Positions 38,575-50,729 of a stretch of DNA of 64,000 bases are shown here, piece after piece; position 1 is the stretch's first letter, and each line of letters starts with the position of its first letter. A program made the translations under genes and the position numbers. Location: positions 1 through 64,000 of the forward strand of contig VJWM01000234.1 of NCBI GenBank assembly GCA_010909165.1. Direction: 5' to 3'. The notes under the pieces are model-generated. The model searched no databases, had not been told where the DNA came from, and saw only the letters and a list, made by a program, of their open reading frames with translations. Source of the DNA: Anthoceros angustus. Lineage: Eukaryota; Plantae; Anthocerotophyta.

Positions 38575-39714
38575 CTCCCAGATCCGACACCAGAAGGTGA
38601 CCATCAGCGAGGGACTGGGGAGAGCCAGCCAAGAAGGCCTGATTGAGGATGAAGGAGCCAGGGGGTCCGGCAATACACCCCCTAGGGGGAGGAGACAAGG
38701 CGGTGGGAGAAGCAACACCACCGGTGGAAGACAAGGACGGGGTCCGACCCGTCGAGGAAGGGGGAGGGGTAAGAAATTTCCTCACCCCACGGATAAGGGA
38801 GGAGCCAGCTGAGAGGAGACCAACGCAAAGAAGGCCCGGAGGAATTAGCGAGTGACAACATCGGCCAAGAATGGGGAGGAACCTTTGAAGACATGCTCCA
38901 TGATAGGTATGGACAAATCAAACAACAGGAAAGGAGTAAAAAGGATCTCAACCCCAGGGACCATCACCGATGAGGAAGAGGGAAGGAGATAGGGACCAAC
39001 CTACCATGGTAGGTGGTCAGCCTACCCCGGTAGTCTGCCAAACTACCGCGGTAGGGTGCCCTTTGAAGGAGCACGGCCATGCAGCAGAGGCTAGAAGATG
39101 GGCCATTCGAGTGCGCGGAAGGGGTGCGATTGCCTAGATGGCAGGAGGAATCGGGGCGTCGCCCCGCAGAGCAGGAAGAAGGGGCAGGAAGGTACTTGCC
39201 CCAAAAGTCAGAGGGGGCAGGAAGGTACTTGCCCCAAAAGTCAGAGGGGGTGAAGGTTTGCCCCAAAGGTCAAAGGTCAAGACCAGCAACAAAAAGGGAA
39301 GACCAGCAGGGGAAGACCAGAAGAAAAAGGGAAGACCAGAAAAAGGGATGAGAAGACCAACCAAGGGAACCCGGCCACCCCAAATAAGATAAGGACTCTA
39401 GAATGGTCAATGACCATAAATGAGCTTTGGAGAATGGGAAGGATAGGTGGTGTAGGTTGGCAACATTAAAGAGGCCAGGTGAAGTTGCTAGAATAGAATT
39501 TACCTAGGATCGTGACTTAGATGCCAGGCCTTAAATACTGACGGTAGGAAATAATAAAATATTGGGAAAGGTGGCCTGCAGCAGGGTCACCCAAGGGAGG
39601 TTGTATGTGGAAGGCCTCCTATAAGAGGAGGAGGATTTCACAAAATAAAGTATCATGTCTTGCCCATACTCCCCGAGTCCTTTGCCCTTGTAAAGGAATT
39701 TTGTGACGTGAGCC
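38575..39714 (+). mobile_element. Family A 3' UTR and truncated LTR (from ~38886)
   Basis: AAGAATGGGGAGGA PPT-like tract then TGAAGACATG; 33-bp tandem repeat at 39181-39275; breaks off ~90 bp after the TATA-like box. Confidence 0.85.
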
Positions 39715-39899
39715 ATGGTCATTGTCTCTCTTTTGGTCGACACTTCTTCTCGGTTCTTAGGGTTTTCCGGACCTTTTGCCATCTTCCTTCTTCTCCCTGG
39801 TTTGACTCAAGTCTTGAAGGTTGATGGGTATGTTCCTTGGACCAAGTGTAGCGCCCCGGGCTTAATCGATCCCCCGCCATTCCTTGGCAAAACCGGATG

Positions 39900-41350
39900 T
39901 CCACATTTGTGTTTGGTGGTCAACTCTTCCTCGCTTGTATAAACACTTCATGGTCAGTAAAGTAGAATATGGTGCTCCTTTTGGTCAACAGAACAGCCCG
40001 CCTTCGAATGCCGCAAGTTCCACTCATTCCCGAGCATCTACAACCCATTCTCTTTCTCGTGAATAGGTCGATAGCAAGCACATCAACCCTATTGGCTTTT
40101 GGTAAGGAGAAACAACATGGCCATCGTTGGACACATTCAAAAGTTTCTTCACTAATGCGTTATGTCGAAAAGTATTGCTCCAGCTCGCCAGACTATTGGA
40201 CAATGCAGACTTCCTCATATCTTCAATAGTTGGGGAACACCATACTCACAACATGTAATCGCAGCTCATAAAGCCCTCGTCCAAAACCAAGTTGTCTTTC
40301 TCTGCACTACGTATAAACCGCCACACCATTTTCGCAGACATTTTGGACATCCCGTGATGTGCAGTCCATGCATGAATATCACGTTGAAAGTCTTGCTTGG
40401 TGATTATCATGTGAATCCATCCATTATCTTCTCCAAATCCTCACATGTCATCTCCTTATCCCATGTCTCCAAAATTGCCCTTTGTAAACCGGATGCACTT
40501 GTATTCTCTCAAGTAGGCAGCCATTTCAGAATATCACTATTACCTGCAACAGCACCGCTTGCTTTTGAACATGGAAAATGTCTAGTTTTGCGTTGTCTCC
40601 TCGCCGCCTTCAAATCTTCCACCTCTTCCAATTTCTGCCGCATTGATGTGCTCTTTGAAGCTATCTGCATCATCTTTGTACTCTCACCGCTGGTCCGAGA
40701 CAGATGGAGATGCGCCACAGCTGCAACATGAAGACGAAAAAACTAATTTACACTTCCTAATGTGGACATACAAAGGTGTACTTACAATGTGATCAAATCC
40801 GTTGAAATTTTGCCATCTTCCGCCGGTATTCTCGCCAACTTTTGCAAATGAATTGCACCTTAGTCCGTGAGCAAATGTTGTCCGATGATATCAACTTCTT
40901 GGCCTCATTATCCACGTTTCATGCCGCCACGGTCAACTCGTTTGAATCACTTTCTAGCGCAGAGAATATAACTTTTCACCGCTTCCTTGAGGCATGCCTC
41001 GAAACCGCGATCATGGCCGCATACACTGCATCTTCGCTGTTGTTCGCAGATATATTGAGCTTCCATAAACCGGAAGTGGAGTTCTCCGGTGTTCTGCATA
41101 AAGGCTTGAACGCAGAAGCTATGGTTCCCACCCAATACCCCATGGTGTACCGCTGCCTTTTCAACTTGTCTTCACAAGACTCCACGCGCACTTTGGATCG
41201 ATATAGTAGAGGAAGTATTCTCTGTACATGTCCCTTTAATTTCGAGAAGATGTTTTCCCACGATTCATCCACTCTTGGATCCGGCATCACGAGTAATGGA
41301 TCCGCTTCTCAACTTGGTGATGGAAACCATATGTGTCGCTGAATACACCT
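39900..41350 (-). pseudogene. Relic of a ParB/Srx-like domain fused to a beta-class N4-C/N6-A DNA methyltransferase, intron-containing
   Basis: MVSITKLR...PRVDESW...KLK and VLGGNHS (41121-41138) are ParB-like; GTAAGT...TTGCAG intron at 40721-40785; DILKWLP...ETWDKE...VIFMH; SPYQKPIGLMCLLSTYSREREWVVDA/GMSGTCG...RAVLL (39985-40110) matches motifs X-I of N6_N4_Mtase. Confidence 0.65.
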
Positions 41351-43949
41351 CTTTTTGTGTCACTCGAATTTGATGTAACGGTCCATGTCGCTATCCGCCC
41401 ACTTCGTTGTCCGAGCATGCCTTTGGTGATGACGCCCATCGCTGGTGTCTCATCAATGTCATTCCTCTTTTCCCGATTTCGTTTACCTTCGCCCTGGTGG
41501 GTGAAACTAACATCGGTACCTCCTTAAGGTATTGTGACGGCTCGCTTTCACGCATTCTTTTTGACCCCATGGCCAAGACTTTGAAGAAGTCACATTCAAT
41601 GCATGGCGATTCTTTGGGACATTAGACACGCTTGAGCCTTTTATGTGATTTCCTCCACGTTGCCATCGCCCATCCGTTGTCCGATGCACCTCGCCTTCAA
41701 CATCTTCATTTGGGTTTCATGGTTTTCATTTCCACTACCGCCATCCAGATATCTACACCGCCGCGCACTTCATTTCTTGTCCATTGAATCATCAGATTGC
41801 CCATATTCGAGTGGTCAATACTGCTTGGCTGCGAATCGCTTTTCCTAGCCTCTCTCCATCGCTATCTGAGCGATCGCTTTCAAGCTTGTTCGCCATCTTC
41901 GCCATCATCAACCCTCAGTAACTATTTCTTTTTGGAGAAATCGGATAGTCCCGAATGTCCGCAAAAAGACAACCATGACTCCATTAATATATACATCAAC
42001 AGAGACATCCACAGCTGGGCTTGAGGGACCAAGGCGCAGGCACCTGGCACTGATGCCAAAAGACACTTGTTTCATGCACCGGGCCTGTGTGTCGAGGTGC
42101 GCAGTGCTCAACCCCGTTGTCCGAGAGCCCCACTGGCACAAGTGCGCGACTATCCGCTGACAGACGTCTCATGTGACCGCACAGCTAATGGGTGTGGTAG
42201 GAAAACCCGGGCTTCCAGATCCTCCACCATAGCGCTACACTTATCCCATCGCAGACGCTGGGTTTCGTCCCATGAGACTTGTGTGAAAGTTCGAGGTCCC
42301 GTGGCAACCGATCGCCACCGCAGAGACACAACTTCTCAGCCTTCTAAACAAGCAAGGCGCCTCTACTCTCCTCTTACAAAGAACTGCACCACTTGCACCG
42401 CTCAAAAATCACCAATCGACCTACAACGACACAACACAATTGCAGGTCCCGCCTAGCAAAAGGAGCCTATCACGGCGCCTGTGGACCCCCGATCCACACC
42501 GCGATTTCGTCCCTACTTAAGACCACTCTTCCACCTGTGGAGCGCCTTTTACTTGCAGATTTGGGATTCGTCCCTTAGGCTCTGTGGCCTTCCACCAACA
42601 CCTACACCTCTAATCCTCTACTCATCTTCTCATCCTCTTCCTCCTATTCTAACCTCGCGGCTATCGCCGACCGCCTGCACAACCGCCGGGGTCGCCTCCA
42701 CCAGAAGTTCTTCCTTGGGCTATGAGTTTGACACTGACAATGAGAACCTGTGGAGTCTTTCCTGTAGTCTACCCTCAAGCCGAGAGTTCCCCGGCATTTG
42801 CCACACACCCAAAGCAAAGCAATTTCACAAAGAACCATTCACAAGGGAGCAACTCGCTTTAGGCACTTGCAGGAGCAAGTCCTCCACCAAGCACTCCGAC
42901 CACCGCGACTTTCTCTACAGACTGGCTATTGGCTCACTGCACGAAATTGTAATGGCAAAGGACTCGAGCGGAAGCGCAAGACATGACTTTACTTTGTGAA
43001 ATCCTCCTCCTCTTATAGGAGGCCTTCCACATACCTCCCTTAGGTGACCCTACCGCAGTCACCTTTTCCAATTTCTATTATTTCCTACCGATTTACCCGC
43101 ACCTAAGTCTATTGTCCGATCCTTGGTAAATTCTATTCTAGTAACTTCACCTAAGTCATCCTTAAGGATGTCACATCACGTCCTTCTATTCTTCTACTAG
43201 CATTTATGGTCTTGACCATATCTAGTCTTCACCTGGGTGGGACGTCTGTGGATTGGCTCCCTCGCCTCCTTTGCTCTTGCCCTTCCCGCCTTTGTCATCT
43301 TCCTAATGTGTGGGCAAGTACACCTGCCTTCCATCTCGGCTGGATTCCTCCGGCCCCAATCGCGCTTCCCCCCGCACCAGGCGCCTTTTCTCCACCGTCC
43401 CCTCAAGATTCACCGCTGTAGTCCGGCAGACCATGGTAGGCGACTACCTACCATGGTAGTCCCCCTTCTTCTTCTCCCATCGGTGAGGTTGGTCTTCCAT
43501 TGCTCTTGCCTCGCTTTGATTTGTCCATACCATAGAGCATCTTCAAAGAGTCTTCATCCCCATCGCCCACCATGCGATTCCCTAATCTCCGGCCCTTTTG
43601 CCCCTCCTCCCTCCCTTCCTTGCTGGGAGGGAACCTCACCCTCCCCTTCCTCGTGACCCCGCCTCTTTCCTCTGGGTTGTCTCCCCACCACCTCGCTCCT
43701 CCAGGTATACGACCCCGGCCCTTCATCCTCCAGCCTCCGCGACTCCCAGACCCCGCCTGGCTGCTCACCCCGTAGTCCGCACTCACCGAGGGTGGCGCCA
43801 CCACGGTAGTCCGCAGACTATGGTAGGTGGTCACCACCGGTAGGGTGACCCCTGAGGGCGGCTGTCCCCTCCTCTCCGCCATCTTCACCTTGGCGCCACG
43901 GTGCCTCCTCCCTCCTCGCCTGATTCGAGTCCATCACGATGGCCTCATC

Positions 43950-46034
43950 AAAATCGGGCCTCCTGGCTGCACTTGCAGCTCCTTCACATCATCATGAGGA
44001 CCCAATGTCCTCCTCCAACGCAAGACTCATTGTTGGCCTTCAAAATCTGTAGGAGGTGAGCCCCAAGCTGATATTGCATTTGGAGATCATCAATCTCCGT
44101 GGCCACTCTCCATCCTCACACCTACCCTTGTAGGCGCCCCTTGGTGGTCAATTCTCCCACCTTCACATGGAGGGTTACATTCTCCTCCCTCTTCCTTTAG
44201 CTGGCCAATTTTGCTGAAGGGCATAACCGCCCAAAATCGCTTCTCACTACCAAGATTCTGCACCACCTTCTTGTGGCCTCCTGGAACCTCCGTTCCAGTC
44301 TTGCAGGCAAGCCCTCTTTCTCCACCAAGCACTCTCCCTCCCCAGCTCGGTCTTGAGCTTTAGCTCCGCTTCTTCCAAATTCCGGGTCCTTCTCAATTCT
44401 TCCATATGTCCCGGATTTTGATGGCTTGAGTATCACCGCTCATTCACCGAGTTGCCACCTTCTCTTCCTAGAGCCTCTGCTTTTCCCTTCGCTCTTGCTC
44501 TAATTGGGCAAAATGCTCTTCCGCCTTTGCCTCCAAGAATCCTTTTGTGCCCGAATGGCTCTTCTTTGACAACCTTCCTCCAGACCTTGCCTCCATGGTC
44601 ACTGGAGCTTCTCCACGCCCTTTCCAACTTGGCTGCCTTCTCGGACTCCATGGCTCCAATTGCCACTTAGTCCCTGCCTCCCCGCCATGTCTTGAGGCTT
44701 TCACTTCTTGGCATGCCCACAAGGAGGCTGCCCCTAGCCCCTTCAAATCCACGGTGAGTGCTTCACAAGCACTCAAAGAATTCTCCTAGGGGTCCTAATT
44801 CCCCCTTCTTGCCGGAAATTTCCAGCTCTGCACTCGGGCCACATGCGGGCGCTGGGTCCCTTCACTGCCGCCATCCGCCTCCCACCCGCGCGGAGATGGT
44901 GGCCTCGGCGCCCGCGCCTCCGCTTTTCCCTTCCCCGCCAGAGGTCGCCCGCACCAGGTGCTCACATGTAGGTCCCCCTACCGCGGTAGTGCCTACACTG
45001 GTACCGCCGCCACCACGGTAGGCACCCACTGGGCCGGTGCCTCTCTAGGCACATGAGATGGTGGGACTCCCCACCCTTGGCCAGTCCTTCTCTCTCATAG
45101 ACTACCATTCGGCCTTCCTCGGCGCTCTTGCCTCCTCTCCCGCTTGCTTGTGGGGAAAAGATTCCCACTCGCAACCTTGTTGCCTCATCTCCCTCTGCTT
45201 AGCATGCTTGTGGAGGTCGACCTCCCACCGCCTTCCTCAATGCAAAAGGCAAAGGCCTTTCCAAGCTTGGCCGGAGATGGATGACCAAAGGATGCCAAGC
45301 ATCTTCAACTCCTTGCTTGTGAGAAGTCCCTCGCTTTCCCACAAATGCACCAAATAGGTGCTAAGGTAGCAAGGCCTTGGCCCTTCCTCATCCACCGAAT
45401 TTGGCTTGAGGAGCTTCTCGTGGTGGATGTAGCCTCATACATGAGTCCCCAATGCTTGGCTCATGGAAATCTTCCACAAAATTGGAGGAAGTTGGTAAAT
45501 AAGAAGTGGTAATTTACCAACCCCAAGACAATCTTTGCAAAGAGCCTCCACTTCAGCCTCCTTGATGCTCTCGCTTTCCAGCCATTCTTGGCGGGCCTTC
45601 ACCTCCATCCATCATGTCAAGGAACTCTGTGGGATGTCGGAGAGGGCTGTCCTCTTCCTCCATTCGACCTTCGAGGAGAGCAATTCCGAGCTCTCCTCCG
45701 GCCTCCCATACACTGCCGAATGCTCGGTCCAAATGGGATCCGCGAGCATTCCTCTCCGAATGCAGGGGCTCCGATTGATGGAGGTTGATGTAACACTCCT
45801 CAATCAATTCCAAATTGGTGTAGGCCCATTGGCGGCCATACACCCATCCCAATTGGATGTTCTCCTCCTCCGCCCACCGAAAATCAACCAAATCTCGGGG
45901 TTGAGCTGCCCGCAAAGCAAGTGAATTGAGGCATCAAGTTCACCTCGGCGGGCGCAGCCTCCGCCGGCTTTTCCCTTTCTCCTCTCGAGGAGAGCCTTGG
46001 CGGCTCCTTCCCTTGCCTTTCCCGCTCGAGGCAT
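43950..46034 (-). pseudogene. Family A extra ORF
   Basis: MPRAGK..., EENIQLGWVYGRQWAYTNLELIEECYINLHQS, MESEKAAKLE, KAEEHFAQLEQ. Confidence 0.8.
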
Positions 46035-46859
46035 GGCGGCGCCTTCCTTCCAAGTGTTTCAAGGAAGAATTACTTCCAATCAACCTGTGCTGCTCCCAAG
46101 CTTCTCCTTCTCCAACTAGCACCAAACACCACGCACACCCCTTTTCTCCCCGTGCCTTGCCTCCTTCCCTCTTGACTCCACCGCCCTCGCTTCCCACCTC
46201 TCTCCTTTGCCCTTTTCGCACCTCCGGCGCCCCCAGCGTGCTTTCACGCCCAAGCGCCTCTTCCACTCCTTCCTTTCTTCTTCGCCACGCCCCGCTAGGT
46301 CTTCTCTTCCCCCTCTCCGCTCTCGCCGCCTTCCTCGCGACGATGCGATGGCGGCTCTCTTCTCCTCTGCCTTACGCTCCACCCGCCTCGTGAAGTTGGC
46401 TCACCAAGGAAAGCGCCCAAAGCACTTTGCCCTTGATGATCACCGGAGGCCACAACCCTAGATTTTCATCATTCCAAAATCCTAATCCTATCTAAACTAC
46501 CTATTTTATTTTCCTACTATCCTAATTAATCGCTAATTACTTTATATATTTATTCCCTATTGGTGAGCATATATAGTGGATATCCTTCCTTAGCAGGCAG
46601 CCTACGGCGTAGTCCGCCACCACCACTTTTCACCGCCACCGCTTTGCCCGGGGTCGCTTTGACCGCTCTTCTTCCTGGATATCCTCTTCGCCTTCCTAAC
46701 AATATCCTACAACTCCAACTTCAAGATTCTAAAATTTCGGCATGCTCCTCTTCAATCGCTCCTAGCCAAAAAAATCAAACTTGTTCGTTTCTTTTTTTTG
46801 CCCAAACTTTATGCTCCCACATACTCCCCACCTCACTGCTTGGCCTAAAACAGTACCTC

Positions 46860-49800
46860 GGGTTGAGGTACTTCTTAACCTTCCACCCATTCACTCGTCG
46901 GCACAATTCGCCCCAATACCCGAGTTGCAGATCCATTCTCGTATACGCTACCATCGTAAGGTCCCATCCATCTCTAAGCTTCGAAAGTCTAGGTACCGAC
47001 TATCATATAGAAGAACCAAATCCCGCCACGATAGTCTCGCCTCAACTTCCCATCATGCCGATCTTTCCGAGTTCTCGAATCCGTTTCTTCTAAAGCATCC
47101 TCCCTACGTTCCTCCCTATGAAAGATTCTAACCTAGCTACGACTATCCTCTGTCATCGCTCATCCTCCATGATCTCAGAGGTAGGTACTTCAAATTCCAC
47201 ATCACAGACATATGCCATAAGATAAGGGTCTTCGGTTTTTTCTTCGGGTCCTGGCCCAAAATGCAATGCAACTTAGCATCCCAATCATACATGTGCAGCT
47301 TACCTTGGTGAGGATTGTGCAAACCCATTCGTCTTCTCCGTCAATCCATTGCCTTTGGGGTTGTAGGGGTCGCTTCGATGCCGAATGTTGAAGTAGGTGG
47401 TTAGGGACTCAACGAGTTGAGGAAATGTGTCCCGGTCCCGACCAACTCTAAAGGACACCCGCACTGTTATGATGTTCTCGAATAAAATTTTGCCACGCAG
47501 TGCGTCCTTCCCGCCCGCTTCCACCATCTTCGTAATAATCCGTAGCCACCAAAATGTACCGCTTGTCCATTGCGTTGGTGGTTTGATCGGTCACGAAATC
47601 GATTCCCCACTTCTCGAAGGGTGCGGTAAGATGTAGGTAAGAGGCCATTGTGTCGACAACGAGGCCGCCCAACCCTCGACACGCATCACACCTCCGAGTG
47701 AACTCCCACACATCCTTTTGCATCGTAGCCCACCGAACCTCGCATTCAAAATCTTCTTAACGGTCACCGCATAATAGTGTCCACCGCCTCTCCGCATGTA
47801 ATGCCTCGTGACGGCGCCTTCAACCGAGGCACCTCCGATCTTCTCGTCCGCCCAAGCTTGTATGCCCCTAGCAATAGGGCGAGGCTTTATGGAGAAAGCC
47901 CGCCCCTCCTCGACAACCATCGGGCATGATTCCATGCTCCAGAACTTGCACTTCACTCAAGATATCTTGGGCATGAACGCCCTCACGTTAATCTCCTCCT
48001 CATACTACGCCGCCTCGCCTGCTAGTAGCCCTGTGGCGGATCTATCAAATCCATCGCCTCCCTGCTCGCCCCCATGCCGCACGCCTCGGCCTCATGCATG
48101 CTCCTCCAACAATGGGCCGATTTCTTCCATTCTCGGTCTAGCCTGTGCAGGCCTCGCTCAGGCTCCCATGGCGACCTCTTCGCCTTCCTGCACTCCATGC
48201 CTCTCGGTGATTTCCCATGAATCCGCCACCTCCTTCTCCCCCAAGTTTTCTTCAAGCTTGTCATGGGATTTCTTCCTTTGCCAACTCGTGGCCTCCACTT
48301 GCAGCCCTGACTGCTCACCCTTGAGGAGCATTCCCTCCCTCCGGCGCCATCCTCTCCCTCGGATTTTGATTGTCCTGCAGCCTTTTCCGCACAACGCCCT
48401 TCTTGCTCATTTGGCCTCTCAGCAACAAGACTTGCTGATCAATTCTTAGGCCGTCTAACATGCTCGTCCTCCTTCGACCTGTGTCGGGCGACCAACTCCT
48501 CGTCGAAATCCTGTGGCCTCAAGTCGCTCCGTTTCGAGAAATGAAATCAGCATTTTGATGTTGCTCGGCCTAGTTTCCACGTCGTCAAACTCTTGCAGTA
48601 GTACCCATCCGCAATCCTTCCCGACAACCGCTTGTTGACAAGATACTTCAACGCAAAATGGTCAACATGAACGCCACCTTGCAAGCAAGCGATAGTGTCT
48701 AAACTTCTTACAGGAGTAAATGATACCAAGACCCTCCCGCTCCGTGGTTGAGTAGTTCTTTTCAGATCCGTGAGCTCTCGCATAGAAAATCGGATGATCC
48801 CGCTTTCTTCTCGTCTTCCGCTTAATCCCAATGGCATAAGCGGACACATCCACGATACATGAAACGCTTTCCCAATCCGGGTTGTAACGCGCCACCAAGC
48901 TGTCCTTCACCGCGAAAAGCCTCCTTGCATCGGTCCATTCAAGGTGTATCCTTCTTGGTCAATTGTGTCAACAAGGCTGCCTTCTTGGCGAAATCCTTGA
49001 TGAACCTCCTGTAATACCCTACTAGTCCTACAAAGCACGCACTGCCTCACCGCTTGTGGTGCGTCCATCTCATCTATAAGCTACTTTCCTTATCTACCCG
49101 CAATCCTCGATGAGACTCGATGTAACAAAATGCCCTCCGTCATACCAAAATAACACTTCCCGGATGAAGTTTCATGTTCGATTCTCGCACTCAAAACATT
49201 GTCTCAAATGATCTAGATGCGTTTCCTCCCAAACACACGAAAAATCATCTAGGAATACCTCCATGAACTTCCGAAGAAATCTCGAATATCGCTTCACCAC
49301 CTGAAAGTGGGGGGCATTGCACAACCCGAAGGGAGCTTGAATAAGCGTAAGTTCCCCAATCCGTGTGAATGTTGTCTTGTCCTCGATCCTCCTCATAAAT
49401 GATTGTACCTTACCCGTCAAGAAACTATATCTCATGTCCGGCCGTGTCACACCGTCCATGAAAGGCAAGGGTGATGATCCTTCTTCGTTCATTGAGCTTC
49501 CTCGAAATCCATACCCGAACCTTTCCTCGCTTGGTAATCACGATGGTGCGACTCGCTAGTGAGCACCGGGTAAATTACCCGCCTCCAAATATTGGTCGAG
49601 CTGATCCTTAACGACCATGGAATACTTGGGATTCAGATTGCTTGATCCTCACCGAGTGTGCCTCCTTCAAGTCGATTCGATGTATCCCAGCTCTTCCTAA
49701 TCCATGTCGTAATCTTGAAGGCAAACACATCGACATACTCCTAAGCATACGAAACTCCTTTCTATCCTAGATACCTAGAAACCTTGACTACCTTGCTTCT

Positions 49801-50450
49801 CTAACTCTAAGTCCTCTACGATCGGATCTACATATGTTCCTTCCGATGCTACCTATCGGTTCCGGATCCCTCCTCGGAAAATCACATCAGGCTTACCCTT
49901 CCAAAAGGCTACTCCCTCTATGTGCCTCATCTTGACTCTTCTACGACATCCTCTAAAGCATGAATACACCAAATCACTTTTATTTCCGACCTCGAAGGTC
50001 CCCGATAAGCTTGGCCACGCCGAGGAGCTCCCCCGAGAGGTACCCATCGACCGGAGTCCTCATAGGGAGCCTTGCTCCATGACACAAAAGCGATCACCGC
50101 AGTCCTACTTGGACTTGAAGGTGATGCCACAAAAATCAAAGACATGCACCATACAACCAAGGCTCACCTATAGCCTAAATCCAAACCGGCCGCATCACAA
50201 TGTAGGTAAGATGGAAGGTGAGACCCCCAATCACGGTTGGTACATTCTTCAACACTCCCAATGGCTTCCTCCTTGTTTGGTCGGCCATCCGCAAAAACAC
50301 TCGGCCGGAAACTCGTGAACCCAAGTTGATGAGTCGCCCTCCGTCATCAAGTTGACTCGATCCCGAATCCAATGGCACATTGGGCACCAAGCATCCTGCA
50401 ATTTCAACCTCAATTTCGGGTGCCCCCAAATCAACAAGTTCGACCACATT
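46860..50450 (-). pseudogene. Family A pol, frameshifted
   Basis: PR, RT, RH and INT motifs in Ty3/Gypsy order. Confidence 0.92.
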
Positions 50451-50729
50451 TACCTCCACCGCCGCTTTCTCACTCCCACTACTTGTGGATTCTCGATCGC
50501 CTTCCTTCACAATTTTATGCGGATCTCGACTCACCGCAAGCAATCGTCAACCCGACCACAAATTCGCTGGTCAAGCAATGCGAAAACCGAGATCTTATCC
50601 GGTTTCTCCCGCCAGCCTCGACCGGTCGCTCGACCTTATTGGTAAAGTTCCCGATTCCATGGTCCCTCCGGCTGGGACCCTATACCCGCGGATCAACAAC
50701 TGCCCGACCTCTTCTTCACGTGCCGGGTG

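Noticed and set aside
40162-41342. Plus-strand ORFs 40162-40731 and 40842-41342 as genes
   Set aside because: No motifs; all recognisable motifs and the intron signals are on the minus strand.
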